DNA of 64,000 nt from Gracilinanus agilis (taxonomy: Eukaryota), in NCBI RefSeq assembly GCF_016433145.1, contig NC_058134.1, positions 216,762,137 through 216,826,136 of the forward strand. Reading direction: 5' to 3'. Below the pieces are notes generated by a model, which saw nothing but the letters and a program-made list of their open reading frames with translations, had not been told where the DNA came from and searched no databases. The translations under genes and the position numbers were made by a program. Below, in pieces: positions 1-17,882 of the stretch. Position 1 is the stretch's first letter; every line of letters begins with the position of its first letter.

Positions 1-53
<53 letters not shown>

Positions 54-150
54 GGATGGAGACAGGGAGAGGGAGCAGAGAGAGAAGAGGGAGAAGGAAA
101 GAGGGAGGAGAAAGGGGGAGAGAAAGGAGGGAGAGAGAGAGAGGGAGGGA
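1..150. repeat. (AG)n microsatellite and purine-rich tract
   Basis: About 24 AG units followed by GA/GGA-rich sequence. Confidence 0.95.
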
Positions 151-1251
151 GTCTCTCCAACCTTCCTGATTCCCAAACCCCTTGACTAGGCTATTGCTTT
201 TTCAGTCCCTTTGCCCGGAAGTATGAGATGGGCACATCAGGAGTGGGTCCGAGTATGAGTACTGCTGCTTCTGGGAGCGTGTTGTGAGGGGTTGGGGTGG
301 GGGAGCTTCCACGACAGGAATAGCCTCCCTCCCCTCACACCAGGTGACCTCAGTTGTGGCTTCGCTTCTTGATGCCACATGTTCTGAGGTCCCAGGGATG
401 GGCGTCCATTAGGAACCCAGGGTTCAAGGAATGGGCTAGAAGGTCCAAGGCAGAGTGGTTCAGCTGAAGGAGGGCTGGATTTGGCAAGAGTTCCTGAGTT
501 TAAGTCCCAGCTCTGCCTCTTGCCAGCTGTATGACTTTGGGCAAGTCACTTGCTCTCTAGGCCTCTGCTTCCTCACCTAATCACATCAAACAGTTAGACT
601 ACATGCCCCATAAGGACCCTTCCAGCTCTATGGCCCCCTGTTCCTTCTGAAATCACTAGGATGCCAGCCTGCGACCATTGGGCCGAAATCCCCAGGTAGA
701 GCTCAATCCGATTCAGGCTGGGAGCTGGGGTGGGTTCAGGGGGAGGCTGGGGGCTTGGTGGTGTCTGGTTGGGGGCCATACCTCAATTCCCCCTTGGGCT
801 GACACCCTGCGCTCTCTATCTCTGGGCCCTGCTCCATTCAAGTGGCTTCAGACTCAGACCCAGGACCAGGGGCAGGCCTGGGAGCCTCACTCCCCTGTCT
901 ATTCCCACCCAGTCCTGCCCAAGGAACCTCAAGCTTTGTGTGCGATGAGGCTGGCAGCGGGGAGAGGGTTCTGCTCTCCATGCTTGGTGCTGGGACTGAA
1001 ACATCCCTATAACAAAACACCCTGCAAATTCTACAGCCAGGTGGTGTAGGGGAAAGAGTACAGGACTTGGGAGTCAGGAACATGAGTTCAAATCCTGCCT
1101 TAGACATCTGCTAGCTGCGTGACTCTGGACAAGTCCCTTAGCCTCTGTCTTTCTCATCTGTAAAATGGGAATAAGAATAGCATCTGCCTCCTAGGGTTGT
1201 TGTATTAAATGAGTTAATATGTGTAAAGTGCTTTACAAAACTCTAAGTTCT

Positions 1252-1452
1252 GGGGGCAGCTGGGTGGCTCAGTGGATGGAGAGCCAGGCTAAGAGATGGG
1301 AGGTCCTGGGTTCAAATCTGGCCTTAGACACTTTCTAGCTACATGACCCTGGGCAAGTCACTTGACCCCCATTGCCTAGCCCTGACGGCTCTTCTGCCTT
1401 GGAGCCAATGCATAGGACTGATTTTAAGGCAGAAGGTGAGGGTTTAAAAGAA
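1252..1452 (+). mobile_element. Marsupial SINE (SINE1_Mdo-like)
   Basis: ggggcagctgggtggctcagtgga...gggttcaaatctggcc...gaccctgggcaagtcactt...gcctagccc...aagggtttaaaa; tRNA-derived A/B-box head. Confidence 0.85.
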
Positions 1453-3126
1453 GACAAACTTCTAAGTGCTATAGCAATGCTAGCGATGCCGATGAGTATA
1501 ACTGATATTGCCCTGTTGTGGGTCCAGGTGAGGGGTCAGAATGCGAGCCCGGAGGGGAAGGCCTTGGCTACAAAGAACAATAGCCCACGTCTCCAAAGTG
1601 CTTCACTCACACTAGCTCATTTTTCCTCCTGGCCATTCTATCTCGCCCATTTTACAGAGAGGGCAACTGAGGCTCAAAATGTTAAGTGGCGTGGCCAGGC
1701 TCGTGCAGCTAGGGGGTGTCTGAGGGAGGATTCGCTCTCAGCTCTTCCTTCTTACACCCGGTGACCCAGGCTCTGTTCATTCCTTTTCTCCTAGGCCCCA
1801 GGGACTAGGCACGGACATGCTGTGTCTCCTGATGGCCCTCGGCTTGAGGGGCTTTAGCCCAGGGCAGAATGGCAAAGTCCAAGGTTTCGAGGGGCAGCAG
1901 CTACTAGGGAGGGGTGGGAGGACCGACCCTGGAACGAACCTTACATCTCCATTTTACAGAGAGGGCCACGGAGGCCCTGGATGGGCCTGAGCCCCTCGGC
2001 CTCTCCGGCCAGACTCCCTCCTGACTCTGGGATGGAGGGGAGGTGTGGGGCGGGAGGAAGCGGGCAGTGCGAAGGGGCCGCTGGCCTCTGGGCCGGCTCC
2101 TGGCAGCTCAGAGGTTTAAGGCTCAGGAATGAAAGTCCCCTAGGAATGCTGGCCAGACGGACAGATGCCTGGCATGACCACTCCCTCGCACACAGGCATG
2201 GGGAGGGGGGAGACCCGAGCCCATCGGGAGAAGGGGCACCTCCCAGAAAGAAAGGGAAGGCCGAGTGGCAGCTGCCCAGCCCCAGCCGTGAGCGCCCTGG
2301 GCTTCCTCCGTCCTGGGTGCCCCTCAGCCCCTAGCCTGCCTGCAGAGTTGGGGAAGGCTCATTCCCACGGGGAGGAAGGCTGGGGAGAGAAAGGAAGGAA
2401 AAGCGGGCGTCATTTGGCCATACTCTGTCCTCCAGCTGGGAGGTGAGCCGTCTGGGACGATGGTTAGCACAGGCCAGGCCAAGAGGAAGCCCAGGACGCC
2501 GGGGTTCCTTACTCCCCTGTACAGGCTGGAACATCCCCCTTTTTTGGCTCTTTTACACCCAGTCTCCTCCGATAACAGAGCCAAGATTTGAAAAAAAGAT
2601 AGAAAAAAAGAAGCCCTGGCCTTCATGGCCAAGCCCAATGGGTTGTTCATTTGGGGAGTTTTCCGCCCACTGTGTGCATGTAAAAATGGGCTCGCACTTA
2701 GAGTGGCAAACAGCACACAAACATACGTGGCCTTGGGCACACACAGGTCCTAAAATGGTCTTTCTCGGGACGGCGGAGCCCATGGATCCAGGAAATGACC
2801 CAGCTGCATCCTTGGCCCTCACCAAATCCAAGTCAAGTGGCCTCCTGGAGTCAGGGCTATATTTTCTGGCCCAGTGACCTCTGGAAGTCTCCGGAGGCAT
2901 GAGGAGTTCTGGGAAGGCCTGGCTGGTCCTCAGAATAAAAAGACACAGGTGGGGGGGCAGGGAAGGTGCACCTGGGGGTGGTTGGGGGAGGCAGGGGAGA
3001 GAGAATCAATCCTGCCCCAAACTTAGGAGAAAGAGCGCTCTCCACCTCGAGAGAAAGAACTGTGGGAGTAGAATTCCAGAAGAAAATGTGACTTCTCACT
3101 TGTTTGTATGGGTTTGTGATTTGAGG

Positions 3127-3189
3127 TTTGGGTTTTAAAGGATTGCTCTTTTACAAAAATGAATAATATGGAAATGGGTTTCAGTGGGA

Positions 3190-3232
<43 letters not shown>

Positions 3233-3365
3233 TAACCCAGTGGAATTGCTTGTCAGCTCCAGAGAGGGGAGGGATAAGAGAAGGGAGATAACACGAATCA
3301 TGTAACTGTGGAAAACATTTTTTAAATAAAAAATTTAATCGAAAAAATAATAAAATAAAAAATCC
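3127..3365 (+). mobile_element. L1 3'-tail fragment containing (GATA)n at about 3190-3230
   Basis: aataatatggaaat...cccagtggaattgcttgtcagctcc...gaatcatgtaactgtggaaaa plus an A-rich tail; the same tail ends the L1 at 60200-60360. Confidence 0.7.
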
Positions 3366-4539
3366 TGCCCCAACTCCAACACTGAGGTCAGGAAGGAATG
3401 GACAGAGAGCAGAGATGTCTAATCCCTGGGTCCAAGGCAGGCAGGGTTTGAGAGTACAGCAGTGAGGCGAGGGTGGGGGTGCCAAGAGGGCCCCCGGAGA
3501 ATCAGAGGATCTCAGAGCTAGAAGGCACCTTAGGGGTCACCCTTTCCTAGAGGATGACTGAGTCCTGGAGGGTCACCTAGCATTAGGCTCATCTGAGGAT
3601 CTCGGAGCGTAGAGAATCCCTGCCCTGGTCCCCAGGCCCTTCCAAGGGAAAGGAACAGAGTGAGGATGGGTTCCTCAGAATGGACAGAGCCCAAATCTTG
3701 CAAGGTGGGAAATGCCTGAGGATCCACTCCCTGCCTCGCTCTCCCCACCAGGACCCCAAGTCCAGGCCCTCGCAGTCCCTTCGGGCAGCTCAGATCTGCT
3801 TGGTTCCTGCCCCTCCTAACATTCCAGCTTGGGCTGGGGGTGGGGGAAAGAGGAGAAGACGAGAAAAGTCTGGGGACACAATGGCCATCTTCAAGGATGC
3901 TGAAGGGCCTCCCACAGAGGAGAGCGTAGCCTTGTTCTTGGCTCCTCCAGGGCAGATCTGGGGCCCACCGAGGCGGAGGGGGGCTGAATTTCCTTCAGTG
4001 AAACGGTCCAGGAGGGCATTAGACTGACTCAGTGGTCGGGGTTGGGTGCCCACGTCTCAGGGCCCTGTAGAGGGGCTTCCTGCTCAGCTGGGGAGGGGGT
4101 GGGATTCAGAGGCCTCTGAGTTCCTGACAGCCCTCGGATTCCTGGGCATAGAACGAAGGGCCAGACCCTTAGGAGGCGACGTGGTAATAATGATAATGAA
4201 TAGCAAAACTCATGAAAACTGGCATCCCAAGAGTGCTTTAAAGTTTGCAAAGCAGATTTAGGGGCCTCGGGTGCCCTCTAGGCCAACCTTCTCACTTTGT
4301 AGATGAGGAAACTAAGGAAATGAGAAGTTAAAGGACGTGGCCAAGATCCAATGGGTAGTGGGGGATAGAGGCAAGATTTGAACCCAGCTCCTTTGGTGCC
4401 CAATGGCTCATGCCACTCTAGGGCACCCATATGACTTCTTTTGTTCCTCACAACAACCCTTTGAGGCAGGGCCTGCAAGATTTGCCAGCTCACACCCTGA
4501 CCCCCCCCACTCTCTTCCCCTCTTTCTCGGGGCACCCAG

Positions 4540-9643
<5,104 letters not shown>

Positions 9644-10634
9644 AGGGGTGCTGGGAGCCCTCTTGGAGGCCTTCGGGAGGCTGCCCCTCCTCCTCAGCCC
9701 CCTACCCTCTCTGCCACGGGCCACAGAACTGGTAGGGGTTGTGGAGGCCCAGCCTCCTTCCTTCTGCCTCCCTCTTACCTCCACCACGGTCCCCCCGCGC
9801 CTCCCCTGGCCTCCGCGGGGCCTCGTCCGTCCAGGACCTCAGTGGGATACTCTCGTGCTGGCCCGGAATGGCTGAGGGCGGGCCCTAGAGGCCACTCCCT
9901 TTGAGGCAGGCCTTCTTCCCTCCCCGGAGCCTACGGACTTTGCTTATTTCCACTGGACAGGGAGGACGTCCGTCCAGGGTCCCAACACGGCCTTGCGGTA
10001 GCAGCCCAATACTCAGGGCTGGCCAGAGACCTGAGAAACTGACCACACCGGCCGAGACGACTGTGGGGGAGGCAGAGACCCTCTGAGGGCCGTGTGGGTC
10101 AGCCACGAGGGGCAAAGGATGGAGGGCCGGTGCCTCGAGGCCTCCCTCTCCCCACCAAATGGCCGATGGGGCCCTCCTGGGAGAGATTCCGTCCCCTCCC
10201 CGCCTAGCCACGCAAGGACCAGAGACTCCCGTCCTCCTTCCTTCCACCGTCTTTGTTAAATGAACTGGAGGCTGCGCCCCAAGCAGCGATGGGGAAAGTG
10301 GCTGGCGGGGAGGTGGGGGGACAATGAATGAAGGGGGTGCTCACCGGTCATTCCTGTCCCTCCCCCGACGCCTGCCCAACCAGCTGCCCATCCCATGTCC
10401 CCCTTCTCTTCCCCTCTTCCCTGACCACGTCCCAGGCCCCTGGACTCCCAGAGTGGAGAGCTCACGCCTACCTCCCGCCACAGCTTAGCTCCCCATCCCA
10501 GGAGAAGGCAACGAGCTCTGTGGCCCAGCAGCCAGGACCTCCCTAAGACACCAAAATATCGATATGTACATCCTCTTCCCCTCTGCCACTGGCCCTCTCC
10601 AGCCCCCAAAGCCCACCCCCATCCCTGGTGTTTG

Positions 10635-10640
10635 AATAAA
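10635..10640 (+). terminator. SOX10 proximal poly(A) signal candidate (AATAAA)
   Basis: tttgAATAAAatatg. Confidence 0.5.
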
Positions 10641-10789
10641 ATATGTAGCTGCGTCTGCCCCTCATCCCCGGCCCCAGCCCCACCGTCCACGTATAACACA
10701 TTATTGCCCCTTCCCCCTATTTATCTCAGTAGCCCCCTGCCCGTCCCCCTGCCTAGCCCCTATTAACTCTGCATTAAGCAATCCAGAAT

Positions 10790-10801
10790 AATAAAATTAA
10801 A
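10790..10801 (+). terminator. SOX10 distal poly(A) signal (AATAAA followed directly by ATTAAA)
   Basis: gaatAATAAAATTAAAggtttcagt. Confidence 0.7.
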
Positions 10802-12149
10802 GGTTTCAGTTACTGGCCTCCCGGCCCCGCCTTGCTCTGTCTCTCGGGAATTGGGTGGGAAGACACACAGCCCTTAGATCATAGACCCACCGAATGGCAG
10901 AGACAGAGGGAGCCTCTGAGGTTCCTCCCAAGGGATCTGGGGAAACAAGTGGCCATCATCACAGGGGGATACCAAGGAAGGACAACTGTCCCCCGATGGC
11001 GTGGGATGGCGAAGTGACCGGTGAACCATCCTCCTAAGGGAGGGCCAAGCACACACTCTCACACCCCCGGCTAGGGGGGAGGTCAGACGGACGTCTTGGT
11101 GGCTCTCTTCAGGGGCTATTCCAGGGTCTACACTCCACCTGGCCCCTACGTGCCCTCCTCTCCTCCCTGTCCTTTATATCGCCTCAGAGCTGGAAGACAA
11201 AAGCCCATGCTCCTCCTTCCAAGCCAGGAGAGGTGACCGAGGGGCAGCTGGCCGGGGGAAGGGCTTCCCAGGCCCGGAGGCAGGAAGGCCCCCAAGAATC
11301 CAGGCAGGTGAGGGGCATGAGGTTAAAAGCATCCGGAAGTCTCTGAGTCTATTCACCAAGCCTGGAAGAAAGAGTTTGGCGGATGGCTCCTTGGAAACCC
11401 AGCACCTAGCTGCCCTGGATGAACTCAAGCCACCTGGCCCGGATGAAAAAGATCCTCAGGTCAGGAAAAAAACAGAGGCTGGGATGGCCCAGCCATTGTC
11501 TGTGCTATTAGAAGGATAATGGGAAATGGGAGAGCTAGCCCAAGGCTGGAGGAGGACAAATGGCCCAGTTCAGAAACGGACTCCTATGTCCATCTATGCC
11601 TAGATGCATTTGAGCTGAAATCTAGAGCTGTGAGGAGCTTGGGAATCCCTCACCCATCAGGAAAATGAGGCTGGGAGAAATGAAGGGACTTGCTTAGGTA
11701 CATACAGTTAGTAAAGTGCTGAAGTGGGATTCAAACCCGGGTCTTCCTGACTCCGTTGCCTTTCTATAACTGGTTTAGAGGGCAATCTGACATTTCATGG
11801 GCAGACTCCAAGGTAGAAGAGATGGTCCAGGGCCTGGCACATAGCAGATGCTCTATAAATGCTGGTGACTATCCTCTGGTCCAACCTCCTAACCATGCAG
11901 GAATTCCCTTGACTATAATCCTGAGCGGTGCTTATTTAACTAGAGTGCCTCCAGTGACGGGGATCTCACTCCTGTAAGAGTCCAAATTAAAGCATGAGGC
12001 TGCTGGTAGCTTTAATAACTTTATTACAGCAAAATAGTCAGAGTCAAGAGAGGGAAAGGTAGGAAAGAGGCAGAGAGCTGCTTAGCTTACTACTCTGTGG
12101 GCCGCCATGATGGATAGCTGCCTAGCTGCCCTGGGACATCTATTTATTC

Positions 12150-12330
12150 AGACCAAGCTGAAATCTGCATCCAAGTCCCCCACCCCATGCCGCTGCCCCT
12201 AGTTCTGATTTTTGGGGCCAACCAGGGTTCACTCAATCCCTCTTTTCCAAGACATTCCTTCAAATACTGGAAAGCAATGACTATGGCCCCCCAAGTTCTC
12301 TTTTCCAGGTCGAGGGTCCCAACCCGTTCA
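12150..12330 (-). mobile_element. CR1/L3 LINE ORF2 3' fragment
   Basis: The minus frame reads LDLEKRTWGAIVIAFQYLKECLGKEG, resembling the CR1 C-terminal LEKRRLRGDLIxxFKYLKG motif. Confidence 0.6.
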
Positions 12331-12942
12331 GTCACGTTTTGGGGCAGCGACAGATGGATGGCCTGAGTTTTGCTCTGGGGTACACAAAATATTGAGAGAA
12401 TCAGAGGAAGGCCTTGGATATATGAGTTTATGGGAAAGCACTGAAAAGAATCTCTCAGGACAAAAAAGCCCGGAAGAGGATGGGATTTGGAGCGACGTGG
12501 ACTGGTCAGAGGTGGGGCCACAGATAAGACAAGGATGAACCCAGGTGGAACGATGACAGTATGGTGTGGTGGACTGAGTAATGGATTAGGGGTCAGGAAA
12601 TCCTGGGTTCAAGTCCCAGCTAAACCACTGACTGGCTGTGTGACTAACAAAATAATCCCTACCCTCAAGGAGCTTACATTCTATTGAAGGAAACAATACT
12701 AATACAGGTAAGAAAATAGAAATCTTTACAAAGTGAATTTGAAGTGCTTTGGAGGCCCTAGAAGATGGCAGGAGGAGAGGGGCAGGAAAGGCTTCGTGTG
12801 ACCCCAAGTCACTTCTCTAGGCTTTACCTTCCTGAGAACTCTATAAAATGGGGCTAATAATGGCCTGTTCTACCCACCTCTGAGGGCTGCTATGAGGTAA
12901 TACCATCGAAAATAGCAAAGAACAAGATAAATATGAGCTAAC

Positions 12943-12997
12943 ATCATCATCATCGTCATCATCATCATCATCATCATCATTATTATTATTATTATTA
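12943..12997. repeat. Compound (CAT)n(TAT)n microsatellite
   Basis: catcatcatcgtcatcatc...cattattattattattatt. Confidence 0.95.
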
Positions 12998-13339
12998 AGC
13001 CTATCAACTAAAATTGTTTTCCACACAAGCCACATCTGGGCCATGTCACCCCGTCCTCTACTCGTGTTGCTGACTTTTTGAACCAAACTACAAGACTTGA
13101 CATTTCTTCCTGTTAAATTGCCATTGGGCGAAAGCAAACAGATTTTTCCAAGGCAACAAGCATTTATTAAACTCCACGCAAAGCCTTTTGGGATCCCGAG
13201 GCTGCAGTTTAATGTCTCAGCTAACCCTCCTCCGCTCCTCCAGTCTTGGGTCATCAGGACACTCAATAAATATGTGGGAATTTGGTGCAACTGCTCTGGA
13301 AAACAATCTGGAATTATACAAGACCGAGGACTAAATTAG

Positions 13340-13800
13340 TCATGCCCTTCGACCCCACTACTGGACCACAGGCCAAGGAGATTGCTGACTGTGTGTAAAG
13401 ACCCACGGGTACAAAAATGTTTCTATCAGCATTATTTGTGACTATAAAAATTAAATGTATCTGGGGGCAGCTAGGTGGCTCAGAGGATTGAGAGCCAGGC
13501 TCGGAGATTGGGAAGTCTTGGGTTCAAATCACTTCCTAGCAGTGTGACCCTGGGCAAGTCACTTAACCCCCATTTCCCAGCCCGTATCTCTCTTCTGCCT
13601 TGGAACCAATATACAGTATTGATTCTCAGCTTTGGTAAGGGTTTAAAATAAATTTTTTAATATATCCAAAGACTGGGGAAGGGGTATATTATAGCATGTG
13701 AATATAATGGAATATTACTTTGCCAGAAGGAATGATGACCATGAAGAATCCCAGCCTCAGACACACAGTAGCTAAGCTAGAAGACTTGGATGAACTAATA
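13340..13800 (+). mobile_element. Old L1 ORF2 3' fragment interrupted by a SINE1_Mdo-like copy (13463-13660)
   Basis: atgcccttcgacccca...acaaaaatgtttctatcagcattatttgtg [SINE] ...aatataatggaatattactttgccagaaggaatgatgac. Confidence 0.6.
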
Positions 13801-14127
13801 CACGGGGAAGGCTGGGAACTTTTTAACAGCTTACACAAGGGTAGGAATGAATGAAGCATTAAGTGCTTATTAGATACAAAGCTGGGGACATGAACAGAAC
13901 AGACAGGGAGTCCCTGCCCTCAAAGAGCTCACATTGTAATGAGGGAGACAACATGGAGGGAAGGTTTCAGCTGCCAGTTGGATGGAAGGATCCGGGGTCC
14001 TTAAGGGGCAGCTGCCAAACAAATGGTCAGCTTCATCTTTCCTGTCGTCACCTCCAGTAAAATCATGTCCATCTCCAAATCATTTAATGATGATGTCAAC
14101 TTTGAGACAAAATTCTGAATTCCATAG

Positions 14128-14297
14128 TACCGACGCTAGTTGTGTGACCCTGGGCAAGTCACTTTACTCTGTTTGCCTCAGTTTCCTCATCTGTAAAATG
14201 AGCCAGACAAGCAAATGGCAAACCACCCCAGTATCTTTGTCAAGAAAATCCCAGATGGGGTCCCAAAGAGTCAAATACAACTGAAACAACTGAACAA
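14128..14297 (+). mobile_element. MAR1-like SINE (CORE plus RTE-derived tail)
   Basis: gcctcagtttcctcatctgtaaaatgag...aaatggcaaaccaccccagtatctttgtcaagaaaatccc...caactgaacaa. Confidence 0.8.
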
Positions 14298-14919
14298 CCC
14301 AGTCCCGGACTCCAAATTAAAGGACGCGTCCTTCCTTGCTTTTAACGACTGACAAAATGACCTTTTTCTGGAATTTATTTTGCAACTGGTTGTTTTAGGT
14401 GCAGTTTGGGAAGTATCTGTTACATTAAAACCCAGAAAATACCCATTTGATAAGCCAGCTTTCCAGCTGAGTCATTGGTGAAAAGTTCAAGGGCAAAGGA
14501 TAATAGCTTGACTCCCCCTTCCACATGAAGATGCCGAGATGGCCACCCTCTCTCACTCGCTCCCAACCTTCTCTTCTCTGGGATAAAGCATCCCAACTGC
14601 TTCTCATAGCAAGAGCAATTCCCGTGGGCAGAACTCTCCAGTTTACAAGAGGCTTTCCTCATGAAAACCCCATGAGAGAAGCACTCCAAATAGTGCCACC
14701 TCCAGTTTACAGAGAGGGAAACTGAGGCCCAGACAGGTTAGTTAGCCTGACTGTCCAACTGAGACTCAAACCCAAGAAGGCCCAGTGTGTTCCTCCTCCC
14801 CTGTCCCATGCTGCCTTCTAGGGTAGATTCTTCCGACCCTGTTCTGGCATCCTAATCCCCCTACTCTGGATTTAATCCACTTGGCCAATGATGCAGGGGC
14901 CTAGGGGATGCTTCTGAAA

Positions 14920-15360
14920 AGGTGGCCCAATGGCTAGACCCCTTGAGTCAGGAAGACCTGAATAATTCAAATCCAGCCTCAGACACTAATAGCTGTGGGA
15001 CCCTGGGAAAGTCACTTTCCTTCAAGCTGCCTCAGTTTCCTCAACAGTAAAATGGGAATAATAATAGCACCTCCTTCCCAGGGTTGTTGTAAAGAGCAAA
15101 CGAGAGAATATTTGGAAAGTGCTTACTTAGCACAGTGTGTGGCAAATTCTTCTCTTTCTTCAGTCATTCCAATTGTGTCTGACTCTACATGACTCCCTCT
15201 AGGGTTTTCTTGACAAAGATACTGTGTCATTTCCTTCTTTGGATCATTTGACAGATGAGGAAACCAAGGCAAAGAGGGGCTAAGTCACTTGCCCATGGTC
15301 ACCCAGCTAAAACGTGTCTGGGTCCAGATTTGAACCCAGACCTTCCTGACTCCAGGCCCA
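14920..15360. mobile_element. MIR/CORE-SINE (+) abutting a MAR1-like SINE (-)
   Basis: 14920-15140 on +; 15150-15360 on -. Confidence 0.65.
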
Positions 15361-15934
15361 GAAGCCTTGCATGTGTTTAAGCACTTAATAAAAACTTGTT
15401 CTCTTCCTTCCTATTAAAGAGCTCATTTCAGGTTAGCATTGCTCCATAAATATTTAAAGCAGGAAGAACCTTAGGAATAACCGGGCTTAACCAACTTGTT
15501 TCTATCAACCAATAAGAAGTATTTATTAAGCACCTACTCTATGCCGGGCACTGTGCGAGGATCAGAGATACGAGAACAAAATTGAAACATTTTCTGCCTT
15601 TAAGGAGTGTGCGATCACCCAGGGGTAGCAATGCACACACAGAGAAGTCCGTGTAAACAAACAAGGTCATTTTGTGGGGAGGGGGACAGGCTACGGCTGC
15701 TTCGACTAGCTAGAGTCTTCCCACAATAGTCCAAAATACACCTCTTTTTTGGGGGGGCAGCAGCATGAACCCCATAAGATTCACCTGAATCAGATTAGCT
15801 TTTCTCTGGACACAGTCTCTTTTCTTGTCTTCTCCAGAAATTTTCCTCACCCCTCCTAGCACACCCCCTTTGGGCCATCCCTAGCATCTCCCTGTCTGTG
15901 ACTTCCAATCAAATAGGAATGACTGGAGTGGGGA

Positions 15935-16690
15935 GGATCTGGTTTCAAATTTGCCCTTAGATACTTCCTAGCTGTGTGACCCTGGGCAAGTCATTTAATC
16001 TTGGTTGTCTAATCTTTGTCACTCATGTCTCAGAACTGACACTAAGAAAAGGGTTTTTTATTTTATTTTTTTTTAATTTTTTAATTTTTTTTTTAAATTT
16101 TTTAAACCCTTAACTTCTGTGTATTAACTTATAGGTGGAAGAGTGGTAAGGGTGGGCAATGGGGGTCAAGTGACTTGCCCAGGGTCACACAGCTGGGAAG
16201 TGTCTGAGGCCGGATCTGAACCTAGGACCTCCCGTCTCTAGGCCTGGCTCTCAATCCACTGAGCTACCCAGCTGCCCCCTATTTTATTTTTTAAAATTAT
16301 GTACTTATTTAGAATATTTCTCCATGGTTACATGATTCATGATTTTTCTCACCCCTCTCCCCTCCCCAACTCCTGGAGCTGACAAGCAGTTCCACTAGGT
16401 TATTATATATGTATCATTGTTCAAAACCCATTTCCATGTTATTCCTATTTGCAAAAGAGTGATGATAAGGGTTTTAAAAAAAAGTGAGGGGCAACAGGAT
16501 GGCTCAGTGAATTGAGAGCCAGACCTAGAGATGAGAGGTCCTGGGTTCAAATCTGGCCTCAGATGCTTCCTATCTGTGTGGCCCTGGGCAAGTCACTTAA
16601 CCCCAATTGCCTAGCCCTTACCACTCTTCTGCCTTGGAACCAATTTATGGTATTGATTCTAAGATGGAAGGTGAGGGCCTAAAAATAAAC
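15935..16690. mobile_element. Insertion cluster: partial SINE1 (+), SINE1 (-, 16101-16279), L1 tail (-, about 16295-16460), SINE1 (+, 16487-16690)
   Basis: SINE bodies and L1 tail motif recognisable in alternating orientation. Confidence 0.75.
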
Positions 16691-17704
16691 AAGCAAATGA
16701 ATAAATAAATAAGTGAGTGAGAGGTGGCTTGGCATGGATAGAATGATGAACTGGATATGAATCCCGCCACCTCTGATCATTCAACCGGACACAAGTCACT
16801 TTCAGTTTCCTCTGCCTCATTTTCCTCTTCTATAAAACAATAATAGCAACACCTGATCATAATAAACAGCTAGTAAAAAGAGGATCAAACTAATGAATAC
16901 ACATACAGGTGCTTTTTGAACCTTCAGCTGCTATAGGAAATACCAGAGACGACCATGATGATGAAGAACCTGCCACTGCCCTATAAAACCCCAGAGCAGA
17001 GACGAAGGCCCCAGGCGTTCCACATGTTGGCGAGGGAGTTTAGAACATGGCAGAAGCTGGGCCTGCCACGTCTGAGGGCAGCCTCTCCCCAGAACAGACC
17101 CGTCCCTTCCCTCCTGGCACGGCTCAAGAACCTCTGCAGCCAAGGCTCCCTTCCCTTCCCTTCCTGGAGACTGAGATCTGGACATCTCCTTCCACTTCTC
17201 CCATTTCCCCCAAGCTTTTGCCTCTGTGTGATTCATGAATTTAGACCTTGGCCTTCCCCTTAAGCAAATTAGACCTTGCCACCATAAAGAATTATTGCTT
17301 TATTAATTCCTGGCCTTTATGATACTTTGATGGAGCCCTCTCAAGTCTCCCTCCTGTTGGGCTGACCTGGGGCACTTCCTGTCTGCGCTACCACCCAATC
17401 CACATGGAAACCATCGTGTCTAGAGCCTTCTGTGCTAGAGATCAGGGATACAAGAACCAAAATGAAAAATGCTCATAGTGAAGCCATGCTGGCTCCTAAT
17501 GATCACTGCTTTCTCCTTTAAGTGCCCGGAAACCATCAGTTCATGAATATAAACTGGAATTTTGCTGGCTGATCAGTATTAAACTTGCTCTTCTGGAATC
17601 CATCTTTTCCCCCTCTTGAAAATCATATTATTTGCCCATCCTGAGTGTTTTAGCATCTCTCTGGGTCTCCATTTTTGAAAAACAAAACAAAACAAAACAC
17701 AAAA

Positions 17705-17882
17705 AATGGTTACTTTCTGTCTTAGAATCAATACTAAGTATCATTTCCAAGAGAAAAGCGCAGCAAGGGCTAGGCGACTGGGGTTAAGTGACTTGTCTGG
17801 GGTCACACCGCTAAGTATCTGAGGCCACTTTTGAACCCAGAACCTCTCAACTCGAGGCTTGGTTTTCTATCTAGCTGCCCCT
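17705..17882 (-). mobile_element. SINE1_Mdo-like
   Basis: Reverse-complement SINE body. Confidence 0.8.

Larger units (their letters stand above)
9644..10815 (+). other. SOX10: SOX10 3' UTR (end approximate)
   Basis: Runs from the stop codon to just past the AATAAA/ATTAAA cluster; the cleavage site is inferred. Confidence 0.65.

Noticed and set aside
1252-1330. tRNA gene
   Set aside because: The A/B-box-like sequence belongs to tRNA-derived SINE heads; no cloverleaf
2126-2148. Two GGAATG (TEAD-like) words in a SOX10 intron
   Set aside because: Two 6-mers with no further support are expected by chance
4403-4539. 5' extension of the 202-aa ORF 4403-5011 and its run-on past 4805
   Set aside because: Intronic sequence that happens to be in frame with the SOX10 exon; canonical splice sites delimit 4540-4805
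12841-13290. 149-aa ORF with poly-N/poly-D
   Set aside because: Translation of the (CAT)n(TAT)n microsatellite
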